NCBI RefSeq assembly: GCF_006345805.1
Contig: NC_042999.1
Span: forward strand, 62,001-126,000
Direction of reading: 5' to 3'
Length of the DNA: 64,000 bases
From: Octopus sinensis
Lineage: Eukaryota
Shown: in pieces, positions 11,625-22,906 of the stretch
How positions within the stretch are numbered: position 1 is the stretch's first letter
Layout: every line of letters starts with the position of its first letter
Made by a program: the position numbers and the translations under genes
The notes under the pieces: generated by a model
Seen by the model: the letters and a program-made list of their open reading frames with translations, nothing else
Database searches by the model: none
What the model was told of the DNA's origin: nothing

Positions 11625-12029
11625 TACTCTTTTACTTGTTTCAGTCATTTGACTGTGGCCATGCTGGATCACCACCTTTAGTTGAGAAAATTAACTCCAG
11701 GACTTATTCTTTGGAAGCCTAGTACTTATTCTATCGGTCTTATTTGCTGAACTGCTAGGTTATGGGGACATAAACACACCAGCATCGGTTGTCAAGCGAT
11801 GTTGGGGGAACAAACACAGACACACAAACATATACACACATACATATATATATACATATATACGACAGGCTTCTTTCAGTTTCCATCTACCAAATCAACT
11901 CACAAGGCTGTGGTCAGCACAAGGCTGTAGTAGAAGACACTTGCCCAAAGTGCCACTTGGTGGGAATGGACCTGGAACCATGTGGTTGGTAAGCAAGCTA
12001 CTTACCACACAGCCACTCCTGCGCCTATA
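11625..12029 (-). mobile_element. SINE family A, full length
   Basis: As 7088-7493. Confidence 0.85.
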
Positions 12030-12059
12030 TATAGCTCAAGTAAATTATTGTTTCCATAG

Positions 12060-12182
12060 GACGGTTATGTCCTCCTCATCTTGTTTGTTGTTACCACAGT
12101 GTTTCAGCTGATTTACTCTCCAGCCTTCATCAGGTGTCCTGGTAGCATTTTGAACCCAATCCTGGGTTCTCATTCCTAAGAA
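12060..12182 (-). mobile_element. PLE-type terminal repeat fragment (family H)
   Basis: Reverse complement ggacacCTGATGAaggctggagagtaaatcagctGAAACactgtgg. Confidence 0.65.
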
Positions 12183-12291
12183 TGTTGTTATTATTATTAT
12201 TTATTCAAGGCACTGAAACAAACATTTCACCTGGCGTGCTAGCGATTCTGCCAGCTCGCCTTCTTCACAATCATGATAATAATAATAATAC

Positions 12292-12424
12292 TATAGAAAC
12301 GATTGAGGTAACTCCTCCTGAAGATATAGAGTCAAAATTAAAAGAAGAGTGCCATTATTATCTAGTGTTATCTTTTAATTTTGACTCTATACCTTCAGGA
12401 GGAGTTACCTCAATCCTTTCTATA
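12292..12424. repeat. About 54-bp inverted repeat (hairpin)
   Basis: Core arms 12301-12345 and 12371-12415, one mismatch; extends via tatagaaa/tttctata. Confidence 0.9.
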
Positions 12425-12574
12425 TTAACCAAAATTCAAGTACATATTTTTTGAACCAGTTGAAGACACACAAGATGTCGAAATATCGTTCACTAGATGA
12501 CAATGGCACTCTTCTTTTAATTTTAACTTAATAATAATAATAAAAATAATAATAACAACCATCCTTTCTACTGT

Positions 12575-13184
12575 AGGCACAAAACCTGAAATTTTGTGGG
12601 AGGAGATAAGTTGATCGCATCAACCCCCAGTACTTGATTGGTACTTAATTTATCGACCCCGAAAGGATGAAAGGCAAAGTCGACCTCAGCGGAATCTGAA
12701 TTAAGAACACAAAGATGGACGGAATGCTGCCAAGCATTTTGCCCGGTGTGCTAGCGATTTTTCACAATAATAATAATAACACTACTACTACTACTAATAA
12801 TAATTTTTACTCTAGGCAAAAGGCCGGAAACTTTTGGGGAGAGGGCCAGTTGATTAGATCGATCCCAGTACGCAACTAGTACTTCATTTATATCAACCCC
12901 GAAAGCATGAAGGACAAAGTTGACCTCGGCGGGATTTGAACTCAGAACGTAACGGCAGACGAAATACCTATTTCTTTACTACCCACAAGGGGTTAAACAC
13001 AGAGAGGACAAGCGGATTAAGTCGATTATATCGACCCCAGTGCGTAACTGGTACTTATTTAATCGACCCCGAAAGGATGAAGGCAAAGTCGACCTCGGCG
13101 GAATTTGAACTCAGAACGTAAAGGCAGACGAAATACAACAAAGCATTTCGCCCGGCGTGCTAACGTTTCTGCCAGCTCGCTGCC

Positions 13185-13185
<1 letters not shown>
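12575..13185 (-). mobile_element. SINE family B cluster with tandem units
   Basis: Several repeats of the family B core; heads near 12760 and 13185. Confidence 0.85.
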
Positions 13186-13235
<50 letters not shown>

Positions 13236-13473
13236 TAATAATAATAACAACAACAACAACAAAGAAGATGATGATGACGACGACGACGACGATGATATAG
13301 GAAATTTATAGAAATTGCTACAGTACGTAATCAGAATATTTTCAAGAGAAGTAAAAATATGAATTTATGCAATATGTTTTATTATTATTTTTTTCTTCTT
13401 TAATTTGATCAGCTATTGTTGCCATTGCTTTATATGGACATGTGATATTATTGCCGAGTTTAGGTCTTAATTG

Positions 13474-13781
13474 GTCTCGTGGCAACAGTGTTCGAGAAAC
13501 TTCTTTTTGGTTTCTCTGCTGCTGCAGGCAATACACATTAGTTTATTTCATCGGAATGTGGCCGTCTGTACGACTAACGAAAGAATATAACAACCATTGC
13601 TATACACAGTTTATGGTAAGAACGTATAAAACAACGAGTGTGTGTATTTTTGATCAATAAATATACGGACTGTTGCCATAGTAACAAAGCTAAAGCACGC
13701 AGAGTGAAGCCGCTCGGCAAAGATTGGCCTTGATCTCTGCTGTGCATGCGCACTAAGTTTTAAGGCTATAGCTCACTTCCG
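13474..13781. promoter_or_regulatory. Probable promoter: RFX X-box, inverted CCAAT, NRF1-like and ETS motifs
   Basis: GTTGCCATAGTAAC at 13672-13685 (full X-box consensus); GTCTCGTGGCAAC 13474-13486; ATTGG 13723-13727; GCATGCGCA 13744-13752; CACTTCCG 13774-13781. Confidence 0.55.
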
Positions 13782-13920
13782 CGAGCGAGCTGGCAGAGAC
13801 GTTAGCACGCCGGGCGAAATGCTTTGTGGTATTTCGTCCGCCGCTACGTTGAGTTCAAATTCCGACGAGGTCGACTTTGCCTTTCATCCTTTCGGGATCA
13901 ATTAAATAAGTCCCAGTTAT
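13780..13920 (+). mobile_element. SINE family B, truncated
   Basis: gcgagctggcagagacgttagcacgccgggcg...cctttcatcctttcggg. Confidence 0.8.
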
Positions 13921-13984
13921 AATGCCTAATTTCAGATATCATTTTAATATGTTCAGTCCTATCTATATTTATAAACTACGGTTA

Positions 13985-14720
13985 TAATTTTTAAGTGACA
14001 TCAACTCCCATTAATACATCACTTAAGTTTAAGAAATAGATACTTGTTTATATGTTTGTATGAAAAAACTTTTTCATTTCTCAAATTAATACGGTTTCCT
14101 TTTCTTTTCATTATTTTATAATTTTCTTCTAAGCATAACCTGCAGAATTTATTATTCATTTTGTAACTAGGTCCATGTGCAAAAATCTTACATTTAATTG
14201 AGTAGTTAACTTTATTTCTTTTTAGTTGCCATATTCTTCTTGATAATCCTGTACTATTCATTTTATTTTGGTCCCTAAATGTCGATTCATGATTCGCTAT
14301 TCTGAATTTAACCCAGTTCTCTGTCGACCCAATATAGAAAAACTTACTCATGTCTTGTGTAGTTATTGTCGCCTAGTATACGACGCTTTTTCTTCTGCAA
14401 TCACCGTTTAACTTACATCTTCCAGGGTCTCTACAATTAAAGTTTTTATTTTGCAAGGAATTTGTAATATTATTCTCTTTTATAGATTCTTAATTTCTTA
14501 TGACTGTATAGGTGTTTTTATATTTAACCATATTATTCTTATTATTTTTTCTGCCTTTTTGTTATAAGTTTTATTATCCATTATATTATTTTCATAGAAT
14601 TTATCCTGTTTTCTGTTATTTATTGATGATATTATCCTAAATAGGTTTGGAGAAATAGAGAATCCAAATCTTATATATTTACCATTAAATATTCTTTATA
14701 AATACATAAGAATTACCGAT
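13985..14720 (-). mobile_element. Penelope-like element fragment, GIY-YIG endonuclease C-terminus (decayed)
   Basis: NFNCRDPGRCKLNGDCRRKSVVY*ATITTQDMSKFFYIGSTENWVKFRIANHESTF...STGLSRRIWQLK...CRLCLEE...NLRNE...KHINKYL follows the PLE GIY-YIG pattern. Confidence 0.85.
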
Positions 14721-14739
14721 CTAGTAATATAATGATGAC

Positions 14740-15010
14740 AAAGAAAAAACTCAAGGTAATAAATTCAAAAAATCTTATTGTTTTGATTTTTAATTTTTAA
14801 TTATAACCCATTCATGAGTAAAAAAATACTTTATATGATAATAATATGCATTTTTAAAATTATATCATGGTCTTTTTGACAGAAACGACTGTCTAGGTTA
14901 ACTGAATAAAAGAAATATCCACCATTATCATCAAAATTTGCTTAATTTCATTTTATTTGATGACATTTATTGAACTCGGTTTCATGAATTAATTCTTATA
15001 ATGAACATTT
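14740..15010 (+). mobile_element. AT-rich repeat (PLE-type terminus), homologous to 18200-18470
   Basis: Shared aaggtaataaattcaaaa...gacagaaac...catttattgaa; carries a degenerate hammerhead. Confidence 0.6.
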
Positions 15011-15106
15011 GCATATATATATATATATAGCAATTAAGGGTAAAACTAATTAATTACGAAGTAAATTCGGTATGAAAACAGGACCGTTATACGGTAAATT
15101 CTAGTA

Positions 15107-15436
15107 ATACTAATATTGAGGGGTCAGCAAAAGAAATGCATCACCACATACCGAAGTTCAGAAATAGCAGCCAAAATCTAAGCCATTTCTTCTACTTAAA
15201 AAAAAAGGGATATTCTTTACTTAAATCCTGATTCCGAAACGCGCGTCTATGGATAATCGGATATTGATTGATTTTCGTTACGTTACCCTCTGCCTGGATG
15301 AATAAGATTCAAGTATTATGGTTTCTCTGGTAGACCCCTTTTTTTAAGTAGAAGAAATGGCTTAGATTTTGGCTGCTATTTCTGAACTTCGGTATGTGGT
15401 GATGCATTTCTTTTGCTGACCCCTCAATATTAGTAT
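15107..15436. mobile_element. Foldback/MITE with about 102-bp inverted arms
   Basis: Arms 15107-15209 and 15336-15436 essentially identical; shares cataccgaa...agaaatagcagccaaaat with the TIRs of 55938-56858. Confidence 0.8.
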
Positions 15437-15534
15437 ATATATATATATATATAAGCACGTATAGTGAAGCTGCTTGGAACAGATTGATCTTGAGTTCTGG
15501 TGTGAAAGCACGCTAAGTTTTAACATTCTAGCTC

Positions 15535-16125
15535 CTATCTGCTGTCTACAGCAGTACTTCGAAAGAAGGTATGTAGTGTATGATCGTCGCATTGACAGAG
15601 AAAGTTGAGCAGACAATCTGCACTGAGGCCTACGCAAAGCTATTCAAAAAATTCTCACCATTCTCGACACAATCAAAGAGATCTTGTGCAACTGAAACCC
15701 AAGTGTCTTTTTGGTCAGCTGAAAGCAGTTTTGGAACAAACTTGGCAGACACGCGTCTCATACCCAAATCTTGATTGATAATGGACAGAACTGAACTGTA
15801 ACTAATCTGCACATCTTCTGATAACTCACGGATGGTAATTCAACGATTTCCTCTCACAGCTGCACGTACATTTGCGATGCTATTCACAGTTCTGCTGGTT
15901 CCGGGTCTCCCAGAACGTTCGTCAATCTCAACATTTTTTCAACCATCGTGGAAACATCTGAATCCCTCGTACACTTGTTTGCGGCTCATACACTCCTTTC
16001 CATACACTTTCTGAAACTTTGCGTAGGCCTCTGAGCAGGTATCACCATGATAACTTTCTCTGTCATAGTCAATGCGAAGATCCCACGCTACACACGTTCC
16101 TTCTAAGCACTGCTGTAAACAGCGG
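15535..16125 (-). mobile_element. Mariner transposase 5' fragment plus an inverted second 5' end
   Basis: Minus strand GDTCSEAYAKFQKVYGKECMSRKQVYEGFK...ERSGRP...ITIRELSEDVQISYSSVLSIINQDLGMRRVSAKFVPKLL (mariner HTH, WVPHEL-equivalent); 15535-15639 is an inverted copy of 16017-16125. Confidence 0.85.
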
Positions 16126-16134
16126 AAGTAAGCT

Positions 16135-16360
16135 TAACCTTTCTTTACTACCGACAAACAAGGGGCTAAACACAGAGGACAAACAAGGACAGACAAACAG
16201 ATTAAGTCGATTATATCAACCCCAGTGCATAAATGGTACTTATTTAATCGACCCCGAGAGGATGAAAGGCAAAGTCGACCTCGGCGGAATTTGAACTCAG
16301 AATGTAGCGGCAGACGAAATACCGGTAAGCATTTCGCTCGGCGTGCTAACAATTCTGCCA
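16135..16360 (-). mobile_element. SINE family B
   Basis: Family B core, reverse orientation. Confidence 0.85.
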
Positions 16361-17383
16361 GAAAAAATAGAAATACTATAACAGCTAAATAGCCTGAAAA
16401 AGGTAATTTGATTTTAGCCAACCAAAATTGATTATAAATATATTCATTTATAAGAACATATTGGATATGAGAAAGTATATGTATGTGTTTATGTTTAAAA
16501 TGCCTATATATGATATAATATGTATACAGCCAGATAAACATATGAGCATATATGGATTTGGGTGTATATGTCTGTGTGGATGTGAACATTGTGCTGTGCT
16601 TATATATGTATATTTCTTTGATATATATGTAATTTGTTAATATCTGTATAAAAATTGTTTTGTATACATGAATAAGTAGGAATATTGGTATTCACAATAA
16701 GTAAAAATTGTATTTTATATAGATAATATATTGTGTGTGTGTGTGTGTTATTTGCATATATGTATATGATTCTATTTTTTAGGGGTTATTTATTCACCCA
16801 ATTATATAGAGAGAGGTAAAAGGGAAGGTAAGTATATGTATAAAGATATGTATTATGTATGGATACGTACGAGAAAAAATATATACGTATGTATATTGAA
16901 ATATGATAATAGTAAAAATATTAATATATATGTATGTATGTACTTATGTATGTGGAGGTGTATATGTTTGTATGTATCTATATACATATGTATATATTAA
17001 TTAAACTATTATCTTGTAGATTTTTATAAATATTTAAGAGTCATAGTTAGAACTACGAAGTAAAATATTTTTTAAGAATTTAGATATTAAATGTTATCTC
17101 CCCTACATTAAAATATGAAAATAGAATATAACGGATTATATATTCCTTCACATATTTTTTTATAAATACATGAGAATTACTGGCTTATTAATATAACTAA
17201 AATACATCGATGAAATATTTATCCTATTTAATTTGAACTTTATTTAAGTATGTAGAATAACGAAAACATAAATACGTATATTTGTTTTGTGTCAATTACG
17301 AAAGTAATATGATATCGTGTGATATGTGATACGCTTAGAATCAATAAAAATACATTAATATATATTTATATTTCCACACTATA

Positions 17384-17755
17384 TTGCATAGTGCCAAGGA
17401 CTGCATGGTGCCAAGGACTCCAAATTTTCCGTCAAGATGTAGGACAAGATACTGCAATGGCCTGGACTTCAGAGGTCCACAGATCCTCAGTATCCTCCCG
17501 AAGGACCTGAGAGACCTGCATGGGGTGGATGTAGGTGTCTTCAAAATAAAGCTGGATCTCTTCCTGTCAGGTGTCCCAGGTGAACCAACTTCGCGGCAGG
17601 AGGTGCAGATGAGGGCAGCTGCATCGAACTCTCTCATGCACCAAATGGCAGTTGCTAAAAAGCATTCGTGAAGTAAAATCATGTAGCAACAACAAATGGC
17701 GGTGCCCCAGCATGGCCACAGCTCTCGTGAGCTGAAACTAGATGAAATTAAAAAA
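17384..17755 (+). mobile_element. CR1/L2-group LINE 3' end
   Basis: FRGPQILSILPKDLRDLHGVDVGVFKIKLDLFLSGVPGEP...RAAASNSLMHQ*, then a short 3' UTR and A-rich tail. Confidence 0.75.
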
Positions 17756-18199
17756 ATATTGTCCACATTTCAGTATAAATTTATCATGCTGCAAATTTGA
17801 AGATAATTATTGCAATTTTATAAGAGTAATGCGGATCATTAATTACATGTAAAGAACTGAAACAACTATAGTTTTTTTTAATATTATTTTGTTGTTTTCT
17901 AACTAAAAAATGACTTACAAATGTAGATGCGTTATAACACATGACTGTTAGAAAATTTAAATGTGAGTTTGAAATAACATATAGCTCCTTATTTGGCATT
18001 TCCTGATGTACATACGCATGTCCTTTGTTGACTAGTAAGTTAGGGATAAACGAGGGGGATATTTATTTAGATATGATAGGGAGGGAGTTCATAGTAAATA
18101 ACCGCACAGATTAGAAATATAAAAGTTACGCATTTTAAGTCTTAGTTTTCATTTGCACTTCGTGAGTGTAAAGAACTAAAATAATGAAAGCAAAGAAAA

Positions 18200-18470
18200 A
18201 AAAATGCTTAAGGTAATAAATTCAAAACGTCTTATTGTTTTAATTTTTAATCTTTAATTATAACCCACTGATGAGTGCAATAACACTTTATATGACAATA
18301 ATATGCATTTTTAAAAATTATACCATGGTCTTTTATGACAGAAACAGCTGTCTGAGATAATTGAATAAATAAAAAAATCATCGTTAACATCAAAATTTAC
18401 TTCATTACATTTTATTTGATGATATTTATTGAATTCCGTTTAATGAATAAATTATTATAATGATCACTTG
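18200..18470 (+). mobile_element. AT-rich repeat (PLE-type terminus) with degenerate hammerhead
   Basis: Homologous to 14740-15010; CTGATGA 18268-18274, GAAAC-AGCT-GTC 18341-18352. Confidence 0.6.
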
Positions 18471-18493
18471 CTAATATATATATATATATATAT

Positions 18494-18998
18494 ACTAGCA
18501 GTATCGCCCGGCGTTGCTCGGGTTTGTAAGGGAAATAACTATATAAGCATTTTTAGAGAGTTACTTCCCTTATAGATGCCAATTTGGGCTTTCTTAGCCA
18601 TTTCTGTTTTGGTGTCTTCAAGCCATGAAGTCGTTGTTCTAAAAGAACGCTGGTCTCCTTGACAACGCTTTACGACGTTGATTTCCTTACACTCCCTTCC
18701 CCACAGCTTCACGAGGGAGGGGAGAAGCAAACAGGTGCAGGTGTGACCATGGACGCCAACTCCGCCGCCATCGACACACGAAAAATTATGCATTAAAATG
18801 GAATAAAAAATGATGTTAAATTACTTTTAAAATCGTAGACTCATCGTAGACGCGCGCTAATACTCAGACGGGCTCGATTTGAATTACGACTATAAGATAC
18901 CCGAATTTGGTTAAACTGCACCGCAAAATGTGGGAGTAGTTAGGAATCTAAATCGAAGGGGACAGACACTCACACAACTACAGTTTTATATATATAGA
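18494..18998 (-). mobile_element. Non-autonomous Helitron
   Basis: Reverse complement starts TCTATATATATAAAA and ends cccgagcaacgccgggcgatactgCTAG|t (subterminal GC hairpin plus CTAG). Confidence 0.85.
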
Positions 18999-19168
18999 TA
19001 TATATATAAATTAGAGAAGAACCACCTTTTATCAATTCAATAATGAAATAACAAAGATATAATTAAATTATACCATATACAAAAAAATTAGATATACGAT
19101 AAAACATACACCAATAATTAAGTAACGTACAGAATGATAAATAATAAGTATATTATATATATATGATA

Positions 19169-19674
19169 TCTATATATATAAAACTCTAGTTGTGTGAGTG
19201 TCTGTCCCCTTCGATTTAGATTCCTAACTCCTCCCACATTTTGCGGTGCAGTTTAACCAAATTCGGGTATCTTATAGTCGTGATTCATATCGAGCCCGTC
19301 TGACTATTAGCGCGCGTCAACGCTGAGTCTACGATTTTAAAAATAATTTAACATCATTTTTTATTCCATTTTAATGCATAAAATGCATCGTATGTCGATG
19401 GCGGCGGAGTTGGCATCCACGCTCACACCTGCACCTGTTTGCTTCTCCCCCTTCCCTCCCTCGTGAAGCTGTGGGGAAGGGAGTGTAAAGAAATCAACGT
19501 CGTAATGCGTTGTGAAGGAGACCAGCGTTCTTTTAGAACAACGACTTCATGGCTTGAAGACACCAAAACAAAAATGGCTAAGAAAGCCCGAATTTATAAG
19601 GGAAGTAACTCTCTAAAAATGCTTATATAGTTATTTCCCTTACAAACCCGAGCAACGCCGGGCGATACTGCTAG
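19169..19674 (+). mobile_element. Non-autonomous Helitron
   Basis: a|TCTATATATATAAAA ... gcaacgccgggcgatactgCTAG|t; inverted homolog of 18494-18998. Confidence 0.88.
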
Positions 19675-20073
19675 TCTTTATATATAAAAGTCAAGTTGTC
19701 TGTCTCCTACGATTTAGATTCCTAACTACTCCCACAATTTGCGGTGCAGTTTAACCAAAACCGGGTATCTTATAGTCGTGATTCATATCGAGCCCTTCTG
19801 GGTATTAGCGCGCGTCTACGATTTAAAAGTCTACGATTTAAAAAATAATTTACCATCACTTTTTTCCATTTTAATGCATTTTTTCGCTATTATATAAGGG
19901 AAGTAACTCTCTAAAAATGTCTTCGATGAGTCAACGATTTAAAAAAAATTTACCATAATTTTTTTTTCCATTTTTAATGCATTGTTTTTGCTACTTTTTG
20001 GCTATAACTCTCTAAAAATGCTTATATAGTTATTTCCCTTACAAACCCGAGCAACGCCGGGCGATACTGCTAG
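19675..20073 (+). mobile_element. Non-autonomous Helitron, internally rearranged, abutting the previous copy
   Basis: TCTTTATATATAAAAG start, identical 3' hairpin-CTAG end, internal duplicated blocks. Confidence 0.85.
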
Positions 20074-20528
20074 TATATATATAAAGATGTACCTCTGAGG
20101 GTTTCTGTTATTGAGATGATCGTCTGTTCAGTACATAACGTGAAGTTAAATCATTTACGCAAACAGATTTTACACTGTCGTTGTTTCGAAATTCCTGTTA
20201 CCACTTTTTGCTACGAAAATAACTGCTTAAATGCAATAAATACTAAAATAAATGACCGGATTATCTTTTTAACATTTGCATAGTCGAGACGACAAGCAAA
20301 GGAAATAAATATAGCACATTTCCAATGTTGGTAGAATTTAAGAAAGAAAAAAATAACATTCAGTTATGCCTCTGGATATCTTCAGAGCAGAAAATATTAA
20401 TTTAAGGTAAGTGTTCATTTACTCTGGAATATATACAAGAAAATTTCGAAAGCATAGGAATTTAGTTTGTAACTAATACAAAATATGGTTTCTGAATAGA
20501 CAAAACGTGTGACAGTGAATATATAATC

Positions 20529-20529
<1 letters not shown>

Positions 20530-20593
<64 letters not shown>

Positions 20594-20602
20594 CTATCTA
20601 TC

Positions 20603-20635
<33 letters not shown>

Positions 20636-20637
20636 AT

Positions 20638-20699
<62 letters not shown>

Positions 20700-20857
20700 G
20701 AATATATAAAGTATATATGTAAATATATATGTATATATATCAATATATACAGTATATATCATAATATATATATATATATAATGGATATATATGCGTTTGT
20801 ATGTGTGTATGTAAATATATATGTGTATATATGTATATAGACATATATATGTATATG

Positions 20858-20908
<51 letters not shown>

Positions 20909-20940
20909 TATATATACACACACAAACACGCACACACGTA
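20530..20940. repeat. (TA)/(TG)n compound microsatellite
   Basis: Read directly. Confidence 0.95.
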
Positions 20941-21614
20941 GTGGGGAGAACGTAACACAATATATTATGGTTCAGTAAAAAATTGCTTTACGAAACAAAC
21001 GCAAATTAATAAAAATATGACCATACCTCCCACATGTGTAGAAGAAATTGCCATCTGGGTGATATCGAAAGATATTGTGATTCCGTCTTTCAGCAAATCA
21101 GCTTTTCTAAGAATCGCCCGATCGGTCTTCATCTTAGTCGCGGCATGAAAGTTCTCACATCCTCCGAATCACAGTTCTTCACTTGTCGATCGAACCCTAA
21201 CTTGGTATTTATCAATGAACTATCTTCATGCAACACTTGGTACTCATCCTCCACCTCCTTTTCTATTCACACAGTAATTGATCGGTGCTCTTTTAAAACC
21301 AGCATCAGATTAGTCAGGCTGAAGTTTTTCATTTCCAAATTTCTTCCTGACTCCTGTGTTTTTCTATTCTTTTTCTTTCAGGGATAGGCCATCACCCCTC
21401 TACGTTCCTTATTGTTTCTGAGAGTTTATTATCCTTATCAAGTATACATCGCCTCATCATCGCTACAAGTTGGTGTTGAGATTCAGATACCCGTTGCCTT
21501 TTCCAAGTCTTGTGTTGAAGGAAAAAAAATCACCTTTTTTGGATTCTCTGTTGTTGCCGGCTCCTGGTGCTTGTGGTACCGAGGAAGATATATTTTCCTT
21601 TACTCTCTTTTCTA

Positions 21615-22175
21615 CTCTAGGCAGAAGGCCCGAAATTTTGGGGGAGGGGGCAGTCGATTAGATCGACCCCATTACGCAACTGGTGCTTAATTTATCGACC
21701 CCGAAAGGATGAAAGCAAAGTCGACCTCGACGGAATTTGACCTCAGAATGTAAAGACAGACGAAATACCTATTTCTTTATTGCCCACAAGGGGCTAAACA
21801 CAGAGAGGACAAACAAGGACAGACAAACGGATTAAGTCGATTACATCGACATCAGTGCGCAGCTGGTACTTAATTTATCGACCCTGAAAGGATGAAAGCA
21901 AAGTCGACCTCGACGGAATTTGAACTCAGAACATAAAGACAGACGAAATACCTATTTCTTTACTACCCACAAGGGGCTAAACACAGAGGGGACAAACAAG
22001 GACAGACAAACGGATTAAGTCGATTACATCGACATCAGTGCGCAGCTGGTACTTAATTTATCGACCCCGAAAGGATGAAAGGCAAAGTCGACCTCGGCGG
22101 AACTTGAGCTCAGAACGTAACGGCAGACAAAATACGGCTACGCATTTCACCTGGCGTGCTAACGTTTCTGCCACC
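21615..22175 (-). mobile_element. SINE family B tandem array (about 3 units)
   Basis: Repeated about 180-bp units with one head at the right end. Confidence 0.88.
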
Positions 22176-22906
22176 CGAAAATAATACCAGATATAAAGGC
22201 GAGGTATTGTAGCTGACTGACTTACCCTCAAAGTATAACTCGTGTTATACAATGTTTTGAACGGCATTGTCTGAAATACTGAAATACAAAGTATAACAAT
22301 GTTTCAAAGGGCGTTGTCTGAAATACTGGGTCAGCTCTTTTTTCAGATAACTATTTTTCTTACGGACTCTAACTACTGAATAGAAATTTCACCGTTGAAC
22401 ATGAAATAATTTGTGAATTTAGAATTTTATGGAATCAATGAAAATTGAATATTATAAAATGTTAATGTCTCTTTTTTCCGTTTGTTTGTAGATGCATTTA
22501 TCAATCTGTCTGTCGCTATAGCTAAAGGCGGAGGAACTTCAATTGATTAAACTCTTCAATGAAAAAATAATTAATAAAAATAGTAAAGAAACTAGTATTT
22601 TTATTGCCTTCGACTTTCAAATGTGCACCAGGAATGTTACCCACCTTGATCTCGCTCGTCTTGGCGAGTTGACCTACGAAAGCCATAAAAATAAGCCCTT
22701 GCTCTAGATCAAATAAAAGATTACGATGCTTGCATCTCTTATCACCTTGACCAACAAGTCCGTCGGGCGTCCATTTGACACCACTGGTCACAGCACGCTG
22801 TCCACTCCTCTCTGGATCGCGCCTTTCTCATCCACGTAGTCCCAATCGCCCTCCTGAAATCGTAACTCTACCGTCGTGGAGGCCTTCTTATATTTATTTT
22901 ATTTTA

